A DNA stretch of 64,000 nucleotides from Capsulimonadaceae bacterium. GTDB taxonomy: Bacteria > Armatimonadota > Armatimonadia > Armatimonadales > Capsulimonadaceae. The position numbers were made by a program, and so were the translations under genes. Below are positions 28,424 through 36,792 of the stretch, in pieces (the stretch's first letter is position 1; each line of letters opens with the position of its first letter). The DNA lies in the NCBI GenBank assembly GCA_965215505.1, contig OZ244065.1:64001-128000 (forward strand), given 5' to 3'. The notes beneath the pieces are model-generated. The model saw nothing but the letters and a program-made list of their open reading frames with translations. It was not told where the DNA came from and did not search any database.

Positions 28424-29146
28424 CTACCCCGAGCGGGGGTAGCGCGCCCCCGCCCATGTCTGCGGCAGCCGTTCCTCATAGGCGGCGCGGGTGTCGCGCA
28501 TCTCCGGGGTGGTGGCCTCGCCGTAGGTCAGCCGGTCCAGGAAGCCGACCACTTCGCCCAGGCTGCCCTCCACGACGTTCGCGGCGGCTGGGCGGCTGGG
28601 CGTCAGGTCTTTCGCCCCCCGTGTCAGGTTGTAGTGGAAGGAGTGAATCAGCCGGTCTATCGCGTGCAGCTTTTCGCGGGTGGAGCGCGCCCGGTCGAAG
28701 TCCGACAGGAAGGTCCGGAACGCCTCCATGCCCCCAGCCCCGTAGAGCTGCCGGTTCCGGTAGGTCTGCCAGTACTGCCCCCAGGTGGTCCACCAGCCGC
28801 AGGCGGGGCAGCGCATCTCCTCCGCCTTGGCGGCGTCGCTGAGGTCCTTCCCGGCCCGGCGGATGATGCTCTCCGCGCCTACGCGGGCGCACCGGGGGCA
28901 GGCGACCAGCCCGCCCGCCGCCGCCGTCACGGTCAGGATGCTCCGGCACCGCAGATAGAGGGCCAGGCCGACGTCATCCGTCAGCGCCTCGTCGGTGATG
29001 CCCCGCGCGTCCGCCTCGTAAAGCCGGCGGAGCCTGTCCTGGCGCACCGGGGCCGCCCACACCACTTCGGCGATCCCGTTCTCGGATACGGCATCAGATG
29101 CGGCGCACGGGCCGGTAGATTCTAAGCCCCCAACATGCATGCTCAT
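28424..29146 (-). CDS. Hypothetical protein with putative zinc ribbon
   Basis: 240 aa; CPRC and CPACGW motifs; DRLIHSFH. Confidence 0.65.
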   Translation of the reverse strand: MSMHVGGLESTGPCAASDAVSENGIAEVVWAAPVRQDRLRRLYEADARGITDEALTDDVGLALYLRCRSILTVTAAAGGLVACPRCARVGAESIIRRAGKDLSDAAKAEEMRCPACGWWTTWGQYWQTYRNRQLYGAGGMEAFRTFLSDFDRARSTREKLHAIDRLIHSFHYNLTRGAKDLTPSRPAAANVVEGSLGEVVGFLDRLTYGEATTPEMRDTRAAYEERLPQTWAGARYPRSG

Positions 29147-29175
29147 GGTGCTGAATGTCCTTTGCTCCCCTGATA

Positions 29176-30021
29176 TCAGGCCGCCCTCCTGGCCTTGATG
29201 ATCTCGGCACGGATGCCGTCTACGGTGACGCCCTCCTGAAACAGAACCGCCGCCGCCTTCCCCTTCCCCACAAGGACCAGGCCGAGCAGCAGGTGTTCGG
29301 TCCCGACGGATGCTCTGTCAAACCGGTGGGCCTCCTGTGCGGCCAGGGCCAGCACCTGGCCGGCGCGCTCCGTCAGCGCCGCCGGCTCGGCCCCCGCCCG
29401 CAGGTCCGTACCTGCTTCCCGTTCCGGCCGTTTCGTGATCTTGCGGCTTGAGGTCATCTGCGCCAGCAGTTCCAGGTGAACCTTCTCAGGCTCGGCCCCC
29501 AGAAGACGCAGGACGTGTACGCCGGCGGAGCCGGAGTCGCGCAGCAGTCCCAGGAGCAGATGTTCCGTGTCCACGCAGCACTCGTGCCGCCGGCACGCCT
29601 CGTCCGTGGCGTGACGCAAAACTTGATGTGTGCGGGCGGTCAGCAGGGACGTGCCTGCGGCCGGAGGGGCCGCCGAAAGCGGTCCGAGGGCGGGGCCGCC
29701 CTCTTCATCAGATGGAACAGGCCGCCTGCCCTGGCGCTCCCCGCGCATCTTCCAGTGTTCCATCCAGCCGAGCCAGAGGAACAGGGTCCCCAGGAAGCCG
29801 GTGACGGAACTGAGTTCCGTGACAGGGCTGTGGTGCAGCGCCCCGATGACCCGGAGCAGGTAGGAAACGGCCGAAAGGCTGAGGCCGGCCCGGAGGAGGT
29901 GAAGCAGATAAAGCCGCCGCCCGTCCCCGTCCTTTTGGGCCGCCGCCAGGGCGGCATGGCTGACGAGCAGCAGAAGAAGGCAGGCACCGAACGCCGCCCC
30001 GTAGAAATAGAGAAGAGACAC
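29176..30021 (-). CDS. Membrane protein fused to a Clp N-terminal (double Clp-N) domain, no ATPase
   Basis: Three N-terminal TM helices, then VDTEHLLLGLL and TERAGQVLALAAQEA...VGTEHLLLGLV. Confidence 0.8.
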   Translation of the reverse strand: MSLLYFYGAAFGACLLLLLVSHAALAAAQKDGDGRRLYLLHLLRAGLSLSAVSYLLRVIGALHHSPVTELSSVTGFLGTLFLWLGWMEHWKMRGERQGRRPVPSDEEGGPALGPLSAAPPAAGTSLLTARTHQVLRHATDEACRRHECCVDTEHLLLGLLRDSGSAGVHVLRLLGAEPEKVHLELLAQMTSSRKITKRPEREAGTDLRAGAEPAALTERAGQVLALAAQEAHRFDRASVGTEHLLLGLVLVGKGKAAAVLFQEGVTVDGIRAEIIKARRAA

Positions 30022-30025
30022 TTCA

Positions 30026-30643
30026 TCACCAGAGCGCGACCGCGTCGGGGAGGCTCGCCTTCAGCCAGCGGAGGCAGGCGTTCCGCGCCGCCGCGCAGGG
30101 CGTCTCGCCGGTGCCGACGATGCGGAACGCGCGGGCGTAGGCGGTTGGGGGGGCGCAGGCCAGCAGTGTGAACTCGTAGCCGGAGGGGGTCGGCTCCACC
30201 TCGCCCAATGCGCTGACGTACTGGGGTGCCACCTCCCAGCGGGCGTCGAAGACTTCCCGCCGGACGGCCTGACGCAGCAGGCCGGCCCAGTCTTCCACGC
30301 CGTCGGGGAGGATCAGCATTCCCACCTTCTCGCGCTCGGCGCGGGTGCGCCGGAACAGGGTTTCGCCCCAGACGTAGTAGAGATACCAGTCGTCATCGGT
30401 CAGGTAGGCCGGGGGCAGCGGGTCGGGGAGCAGGATGCCGTAGACATTCCGCCCGTCGCGGTTCCAGCCGACCCGCTGGCTGTGCCCCGTCCGCTCCAGC
30501 CTGGCGTCGAAGCGGTCCGCGAAGAGGCGGGCCAGCCTGTAGTCCGCCTCTGCGGACGTGTGCCAGCGGTCTACCGCGCCGGGCGGCGGCGCGGCAGGCG
30601 CAGGCCGAGATGACTGAAGGGGGGACGAGAAGAAGGAAGGCAT
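30026..30643 (-). CDS. Hypothetical protein
   Basis: 205-aa ORF with GAGG RBS and a few bases to the next gene. Confidence 0.6.
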   Translation of the reverse strand: MPSFFSSPLQSSRPAPAAPPPGAVDRWHTSAEADYRLARLFADRFDARLERTGHSQRVGWNRDGRNVYGILLPDPLPPAYLTDDDWYLYYVWGETLFRRTRAEREKVGMLILPDGVEDWAGLLRQAVRREVFDARWEVAPQYVSALGEVEPTPSGYEFTLLACAPPTAYARAFRIVGTGETPCAAARNACLRWLKASLPDAVALW

Positions 30644-30671
30644 GGCGACACCTCAAACGATCCTAATGCCG

Positions 30672-30738
30672 CAGTATATCCGATTGGGGATAAAGAAGCC
30701 GTAAAGAACCGAGGGGGCCGTGTAGAGATTGTATAAAG
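30672..30738 (-). promoter_or_regulatory. Second KdpE-type promoter
   Basis: Plus-strand TAAAG/TAGAG at 30691, 30702, 30723, 30734 (spacing 11, 21, 11); TATACT -10; shares AATCGGATA with the kdpF promoter. Confidence 0.6.
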
Positions 30739-30739
30739 A

Positions 30740-31462
30740 TCAGCCCGAACCGCCATCGGAGATGCCGTCGGTCGTGCGGAAGCGGTAGCCGACGCCGGGT
30801 TCGGTGACGATGAAGCGGGGGCGGGCGGGGACGTCCTCGATCTTGCGGCGCAGGTGGCCGACATGGACGCGCAGATACTGCGTCTCCTCCACGTCTTCCG
30901 GCCCCCAGACGGCGGCCAGGAGCTGGCGGTGAGTCACCACCCGGTCGGCGTTCTGGGTCAGGTAGCGCAGGATGCCGTATTCGTGCGGCGTCAGCTTGAG
31001 TTCCGAGCCGCCCTTGAAGACCAGCCGGCGCGCGTAGTCCATCATCAGGTCGCCCGCCGTGAAGGTCGGCGCATTGGCGGGCTGCGCGCGCCGGTGACGG
31101 CGCAGGGCGGCGCGGATGCGGGCCGTCAGCTCGTCCATTCCGAACGGCTTGGTCAGATAATCGTCCGCGCCCTCGTCCAGCGCCTGCACTTTCTGCCGCT
31201 CCTGGGCGCGGGCGGACAATACTAAAATTGGCACGTCACTCCAGGCGCGCAGGCGGCGGCAGACCTCCAGCCCGTCTATGCCGGGCATCATCAGGTCCAG
31301 GATGACCAGGTCCGGCGTTGCTGCCGACGCCAGGCGCAGCGCCTCCTCGCCGTCCGCCGCCGCCCGGACCTCGTAGCCCTGCGCGCGTAGGCCGCCTAGG
31401 ACGGCGCGGCGGATCTCCGGCTCGTCGTCCACGACAAGGATAGAAACGGTTTCGGTTTCCAT
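30740..31462 (-). CDS. kdpE: KdpE-like OmpR family response regulator
   Basis: LVVDDE, DLVILDLMMP, GADDYLTKPFG, HLRRKIEDVPARPRFIVTEPGVGYRF. Confidence 0.92.
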   Translation of the reverse strand: METETVSILVVDDEPEIRRAVLGGLRAQGYEVRAAADGEEALRLASAATPDLVILDLMMPGIDGLEVCRRLRAWSDVPILVLSARAQERQKVQALDEGADDYLTKPFGMDELTARIRAALRRHRRAQPANAPTFTAGDLMMDYARRLVFKGGSELKLTPHEYGILRYLTQNADRVVTHRQLLAAVWGPEDVEETQYLRVHVGHLRRKIEDVPARPRFIVTEPGVGYRFRTTDGISDGGSG

Positions 31463-31471
31463 GAAAGCGGG

Positions 31472-33124
31472 CTACTCCGTGGGCAGCGAGAAAGAAAAGA
31501 CCGCGCCGGGCGGCTCCCCTGCGGGAGCATTGCGCGCCCAGATGCGCCCGCCGTGGGCGGCGACGACGGCCCGGCAGAGGGCCAGGCCAAGTCCCGTTCC
31601 GTGGATGGTGCCGCCGGCGTGGCGGGCGCTGCGATGGAAGCGCGTGAAGATGGCCTCTTCGTCGCCCGGCGTGATGCCCTCGCCGAAGTCGCGCACGTCC
31701 ACGCGGACGGCGGGCGGCCCGGACTCCGACCGGGACAGCGAGACGTAGATGGGGCTGCCGGCGGGCGTGTACTTCACCGCGTTGCCGAGCAGGTTGGTGA
31801 AGACCAGCGCGACCTGGACGTAGTCGGCGCACACTAGAGGCAGGTCGTCCTCGGCCGTGACACGGACGCGGTCGGCGTCCGCGACGGGCAGGCGGTCCAG
31901 GGCCGTCCCGACGATCTCCAGCAGGTCGCACCAATCCTTGCTCGGGTTCCAGGCCCCGGCCTCCAGGCGTGACAAATCGAGCAGGTTGCTCACCAGCGTC
32001 GTCAGCCGGTCCGCCTCGACGTCTATCGTCTCGACCGCCTCGGCGCGGGCGGCCTCGGGCCAGACGGCCCCGCGCGAACGCAGGCCCGAGGCGGCGGCCT
32101 TGATGGCGGCCAGCGGCGTCCGCAGCTCGTGCGAGACGAGCGACAGCAGGGCGTCTTTGAGCGTGTCCGCTTCGCGCAGGGCCGCCCCCAGGGCGGCCTC
32201 GTCCGCCAGGGTCTGGCGGGCGATGACGACGGCGGCGTGGTTCGCCAGGGCGAGGATCAACTGCTGGTCCTGTTCGGTGAACGGCCTGCCGTCGGCGCGC
32301 GGGCCGACATGGAGTGCGCCGACGAGGCTGCCCTGCGCTCGCAGCGGGACATAGACGCCGATCTCGGAGGCCTTCGGGGCGCGGACGCCGGGGACGTTGA
32401 TGCCTTCAAGCGCCTTTGCCCACAAGTGGCGGGCCGCGCCGAACCCGATGACCTGGTAGTGTTCGGCGGCGGCCTGCGAGAGCTGCGCGATCAGCTGGTA
32501 CGTCTCGGGCGCGAGCGGCTCGGCGGGGACGGCGGCGACCGGCAGGAGCGCGCCGGTTTCGGTCCGGCGCAGGACCACGCAACGGGTCGCGCGGCACGCC
32601 TCCACGATCCGTTCGGCCAGGGCGGGCAGAAGACGGGCCGCTTCCACTTCGGTGCTGATGGCCTCGCTCGCCTCGTACAGCGTCCGGGTCTCGCGCTCGC
32701 GGGTCTGGGCGGCTTCGGTCTGATGTCGGGCTTCCGAGGCCAGCCGTGCCGTCGTCACGGCGGCGATGAGGAAGATGACCAGCGAGAGCCAGTCACGCGG
32801 GTCGCTCACGGCGAACGTGTAATAGGGCGGCAGGAAGAAGAAGTCCCAGCACAGGAAGCTGAGGACCGCCCCCACCACGGCGGGCGCGAAGCCGAACCGG
32901 AGGGCGCAGGCGATCACCACCGGCAGGTACAGGAGCGACACCTGCCCTTTATCCAGCGAGGCGCGCAGCAGCCAGAACGCGCCGGTCGCGGCCAGTGTCC
33001 CGGCCACCGACCACGCGAAGCCGCGCGCGGTGTTCTGGAGAAGCCGACGCATAAAAAGAAAGAGGCCGCCGGGCGGCGGCCTCTGAATGGGTACGGCCCT
33101 GGATGCCGCCGGGGTGGTGCTCAC
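31472..33124 (-). CDS. kdpD: KdpD-like histidine kinase (4-TM DUF4118, GAF, HisKA, HATPase) lacking the N-terminal KdpD/Usp domains
   Basis: DFFFLPPYYTF, VSHELRTPL, NLLDLSRLEAG, NAVKYTP, GTGLGL. GTG start overlaps the upstream stop (alternative ATG 33052). Confidence 0.88.
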   Translation of the reverse strand: MSTTPAASRAVPIQRPPPGGLFLFMRRLLQNTARGFAWSVAGTLAATGAFWLLRASLDKGQVSLLYLPVVIACALRFGFAPAVVGAVLSFLCWDFFFLPPYYTFAVSDPRDWLSLVIFLIAAVTTARLASEARHQTEAAQTRERETRTLYEASEAISTEVEAARLLPALAERIVEACRATRCVVLRRTETGALLPVAAVPAEPLAPETYQLIAQLSQAAAEHYQVIGFGAARHLWAKALEGINVPGVRAPKASEIGVYVPLRAQGSLVGALHVGPRADGRPFTEQDQQLILALANHAAVVIARQTLADEAALGAALREADTLKDALLSLVSHELRTPLAAIKAAASGLRSRGAVWPEAARAEAVETIDVEADRLTTLVSNLLDLSRLEAGAWNPSKDWCDLLEIVGTALDRLPVADADRVRVTAEDDLPLVCADYVQVALVFTNLLGNAVKYTPAGSPIYVSLSRSESGPPAVRVDVRDFGEGITPGDEEAIFTRFHRSARHAGGTIHGTGLGLALCRAVVAAHGGRIWARNAPAGEPPGAVFSFSLPTE

Positions 33125-34167
33125 GCCCTGACCTTGCCCGCGTTGCGGCGCTTGATCACCTCGTCGGTGATGACGCCCAGCAGGATGACCGCGCCGACGA
33201 CGGCGAAGTTGAGCGAGGACGGGATGCCGAGCAGGTTGACCAGGTTTTGCAGCACCTGCAAGAGAGCGGCCCCGATGAGGATGCCGACGATGGAGCCTTC
33301 CCCGCCGCGCAGGGAACACCCGCCGAGGACGGCGGCGGCGATGCCATACAGCTCATACGACTGGCCGTGCGTGGACGGGGAGATCGAGTTGGTATAAAAG
33401 GCGATCAGGATGGCAGCCAGGCCCGCCAGCAGGCCCGAGATCACATAAGCCCCGGCGATGATGCGGCGCGAGTTGACGCCGGAGTAACGCGCCGCCTCCT
33501 CGTTCCGGCCTACGGCATACAGGTAGCGGCCGTAGACGGAGCGGTGCAGGACGATTCCCATGACGAGGGCGGTTATCAGCAGCAGCACGAACGGGACGGG
33601 GACGCCCAGGATGCTCCCCGTCGCCAGGATTTGCAGCGTCTTGAACCCGTGCGAATCCCCGAACCCCATGGTGCCGTCGTTGGCGATGAACCGGGCGATG
33701 CCCCGATAGAAGAGCAGGCCGCACAGGGTCACGATGAACGGCTGCAAGCCCACGCGCGTTATCAGGAAGCCGTGAAACAGGCCGATCACGGCACCGCCGG
33801 CGAGGATGCCCAGGACGGCCAGCGGCCAGGGCCAGTGCCACTCGGTCAGCATCATGGACAGGATCACGCCCAGCAGGGCGAAGAGGGAGCCGACCGACAG
33901 GTCAATGCCGCCGGTGATGATCACGATCCCCAGGCCGATGCTGAAGATGCCGTACAGCCCGATCAGTTGGGACGTATTCTGGAGGTTATCAACATGGATG
34001 AACGTCCCGTGGGACATGACGGTGACGAAGATACACAGCACCAGCAGCAGCACGAAGATGCCCAGTTCTTTGCTCGCGACGGCTACGGGTAGGCGCGGGC
34101 CGGCGGGCCGTGTCGGCAGGCTGGGCATCCCCTGGCCGTCACCCGGACTTGTTTTTTGCTCGATCAT
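33121..34167 (-). CDS. Monosaccharide ABC transporter permease (RbsC-like)
   Basis: GGIDLSVGS, YAVGRNEEAARYSG, YELYGIAAAVLGG. Confidence 0.93.
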   Translation of the reverse strand: MIEQKTSPGDGQGMPSLPTRPAGPRLPVAVASKELGIFVLLLVLCIFVTVMSHGTFIHVDNLQNTSQLIGLYGIFSIGLGIVIITGGIDLSVGSLFALLGVILSMMLTEWHWPWPLAVLGILAGGAVIGLFHGFLITRVGLQPFIVTLCGLLFYRGIARFIANDGTMGFGDSHGFKTLQILATGSILGVPVPFVLLLITALVMGIVLHRSVYGRYLYAVGRNEEAARYSGVNSRRIIAGAYVISGLLAGLAAILIAFYTNSISPSTHGQSYELYGIAAAVLGGCSLRGGEGSIVGILIGAALLQVLQNLVNLLGIPSSLNFAVVGAVILLGVITDEVIKRRNAGKVRA

Positions 34168-35714
34168 AGATTCCCCTTCGCCGTCTGGCCGACGGCGAGC
34201 TGCATTACGGTCTCCTCGGAAGCCTCGGCGCGCGTGACGAAGCCGCTAATGCGGCCCTCGTGCATGACCGCGATGCGGTCGCTCTGGCCGAGCACTTCCT
34301 CCATGTCGCTGCTGATCATGAGGACCGCAACGCCTTCCTTCGCCAGCCCGCGCATGAGTTCGTAGATCTCCGCCTTCGCGCCGACATCGATGCCGCGCGT
34401 CGGCTCGTCGAAGATCATCACCTTCGGCTCCAGCGACAGCCACTTGGCGAGGACGACCTTCTGCTGGTTGCCGCCCGACAGGTTGCGCGCCAGAAAGCCC
34501 ACCGAGGGCGTCTTGACCCGGAGCGACTGGCTGGCCCGCTGGGCCACCGTCGTCTCGCGCCCCTTCTGGACCAGGCCGCCCGGCGCGTAGCGCGTCAGGA
34601 CGGGCATGGTGATGTTGTCGCGGATCGTCATGTCCACGATCAGCCCGGACCGCCGGCGGTCTTCGGGCGCGAGGTAGATCCCCTGACGGATGGCGTCCCG
34701 CGGCGAGCGGACGGCGAGCGTCTGCCCGTCCAGCGTCAAAGCTCCCCCGAGTGACGGGTCCACGCCGAAGATGGCCTGGGCGACTTCGGAGCGGCCCGCG
34801 CCGACCAGGCCCGCCATGCCCAGGATCTCGCCCGCCCCGATCTCGAAGTTGACTTCTTGAGTCGGGTAGCGCCGCGTCCGCAGCCCGCGCACGGTGAACC
34901 GGGTCGGCTTCGGAGCCGGGTTCGCCGGGGCCTGGAACTTCTCCAGGTCGCGCCCGACCATCAGGCTGACCATCCGGTCGTGGCTGATCTCGTCCCGGCT
35001 CAGGCCCCCGGCGTTCCGTCCGTCGCGCAGGCCGACCACCCGGTCCGCCATCTCCTTCACCTCGCCCAGTCGGTGCGAGATGTAGATGATCGAGACGCCG
35101 CGCGCGCGCAGCTCCTTCACCACCTGGATCAGCCGCTCCGTCTCGGTCAGGGTCAGGGACGAGGTCGGCTCGTCCATGATCAGGATGCGCGCCTGGAGCG
35201 AGAGGGTCTTTGCGATCTCGACCATCTGCTGCTGGGCCAGCGCGAGCTGGTTCAGCGGGGTCGCGCTGGAGACGTTCAGCCCGAGCTGATCCAGGTAGGG
35301 CTGCGTCTCGGCCCGCATCCGTGCGCGGTCCAGCAGGCGGAGCGGCCCGCCCATCGTCGGCTCCCGGCCCAGGAAGACGTTGCCGGCCACGTCTATGTTG
35401 TCCAGGACGTTGAGTTCCTGATGGATGAAGCCGACGCCCGCGCGCGTCGAGTCCTTGACCGACTGAATCACGGTCGGCTGGCCGGCGATCTTGATGACCC
35501 CCTCGTCCGGCTGGTGGACTCCGCCCAGGATCTTCATCAGGGTGGACTTGCCCGCGCCGTTCTCGCCGATGAGGGCGACGACCTCGCCGGGCCAGACCGA
35601 GAGGCTGACGCCTTTCAGTGCCTGCACCCCAGCGAAGCGCTTGGAGATGCCCTCCATCTCCAGGAGCGGAGCGGCCCCGGCTTCCGGTCCGGGGGCCGCG
35701 TAGGCTTCCGCCAT
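34164..35714 (-). CDS. Monosaccharide ABC transporter ATP-binding protein (RbsA-like, two ABC domains)
   Basis: GENGAGKST, MDEPT, LSGGNQQK, DEPTRGIDVGAK; likely start MAEAY at 35714. Confidence 0.93.
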   Translation of the reverse strand: MAEAYAAPGPEAGAAPLLEMEGISKRFAGVQALKGVSLSVWPGEVVALIGENGAGKSTLMKILGGVHQPDEGVIKIAGQPTVIQSVKDSTRAGVGFIHQELNVLDNIDVAGNVFLGREPTMGGPLRLLDRARMRAETQPYLDQLGLNVSSATPLNQLALAQQQMVEIAKTLSLQARILIMDEPTSSLTLTETERLIQVVKELRARGVSIIYISHRLGEVKEMADRVVGLRDGRNAGGLSRDEISHDRMVSLMVGRDLEKFQAPANPAPKPTRFTVRGLRTRRYPTQEVNFEIGAGEILGMAGLVGAGRSEVAQAIFGVDPSLGGALTLDGQTLAVRSPRDAIRQGIYLAPEDRRRSGLIVDMTIRDNITMPVLTRYAPGGLVQKGRETTVAQRASQSLRVKTPSVGFLARNLSGGNQQKVVLAKWLSLEPKVMIFDEPTRGIDVGAKAEIYELMRGLAKEGVAVLMISSDMEEVLGQSDRIAVMHEGRISGFVTRAEASEETVMQLAVGQTAKGNL

Positions 35715-35716
35715 GT

Positions 35717-36748
35717 CTAGCCCCCCATCTTCTTCTTCTGGTCGGCCATGTAGGCGGCGAGGGTGTCCTTCTTGATGGCCTGGGTCGGGACGATGATCAG
35801 CTTGTTCGCGGGGATGCCGCTCTTGTCGCCCTTGGCGAGCTGGTTCAGCATCTTGATGGACTGATAGCCGAAGGCGTAGGGGTCCTGGACGATGGTCCCG
35901 TAGATCGTCCCGTCCTGGATTCCGGTCATCGTGTCGGTTTCCTGGTCGAAGGCGACGATCTTGACCTTGCCCTCCTTGTGCGCGCCCTTGACGGCGCTGT
36001 AGATCGCCGGCCCATTGTAGCTCCAGATGCCGACCATGCCGACGACGTCCGGCATGCTGACCAGGGCGTCGGCGGCGTTCTGCTTGGCGCGGGCGTGGTC
36101 GGAGTCGTCGGTGCGGACGCCCGCGACCGTGATGTTGCTGCCCTTCAGGGCGTCCTCGATGCCGGAGATGCGGTCGTGGGCGTTCTGGGCGTCGGCGGCC
36201 CCGACGAACATGAGGATCTTGCCGCCCTGGGGCAACGCTTCCTTGATCAGCCCGCCCGCCATGACGCCCGCCGCATGGTTGTCCGTGCCGATGTAGCACA
36301 GCCGGTTGGAGGAGGCGGCGTCGCTGTCGGAGGTGATCAGGTTCGTCTTGGCGGCGACGGTGTTCAGGAAGTCGGTCTCGTTGGCCGGGTCCTTGGGGCT
36401 GATGGCGATGCCCTTGACGCCCTTGGCGATGAGGTCGTTGACGTCCTGTTTCTGCATGGCGGCGGAGCCGTCGGCGGGCATGACGAACTGCGGGGTCGGG
36501 ATGCCCAGTTCTTTCGCGGCGGCGTCCGTGCCCTTGTGGCAGATGGTCCAGTAGTCGGACGGGTTGTTCGTGACGAAAGCGAGCTGGACGCCGCCCCCGC
36601 CGCCTGCGCCCCCGCCGGCTGCGGTGCCGCCGGTGGTCGCGGTCGTGCCGCCCCCGCCCGAGTTGTTGTGGCAGCCCGCGAGCAGCATCATGGCGAGCGC
36701 GCACGCGCCGAGGGTGGTGGGTCGGCGGAACAGTGATTGGGTGGTCAA
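35717..36748 (-). CDS. Sugar ABC transporter substrate-binding lipoprotein
   Basis: Lipobox LLAGC; FVTNNPSDYW, YIGTDN, IVAFD, VQDPYAFGY; TTG start with AAGGAG RBS. Confidence 0.9.
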   Translation of the reverse strand: MTTQSLFRRPTTLGACALAMMLLAGCHNNSGGGGTTATTGGTAAGGGAGGGGGVQLAFVTNNPSDYWTICHKGTDAAAKELGIPTPQFVMPADGSAAMQKQDVNDLIAKGVKGIAISPKDPANETDFLNTVAAKTNLITSDSDAASSNRLCYIGTDNHAAGVMAGGLIKEALPQGGKILMFVGAADAQNAHDRISGIEDALKGSNITVAGVRTDDSDHARAKQNAADALVSMPDVVGMVGIWSYNGPAIYSAVKGAHKEGKVKIVAFDQETDTMTGIQDGTIYGTIVQDPYAFGYQSIKMLNQLAKGDKSGIPANKLIIVPTQAIKKDTLAAYMADQKKKMGG

Positions 36749-36792
36749 GAGTTTCTCCTTTGGCTCATTCCGAGGTGTAAAATAGGAAGTGC

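Noticed and set aside
29176-30021. ClpV/TssH of the injection system
   Set aside because: No AAA+ domain, about 17 kb away and behind a KdpE-type promoter.
35715-36704. 846-aa ABC ATPase with a long N-terminal extension
   Set aside because: The extension overlaps the binding-protein gene in another frame; the likely start is 35714.
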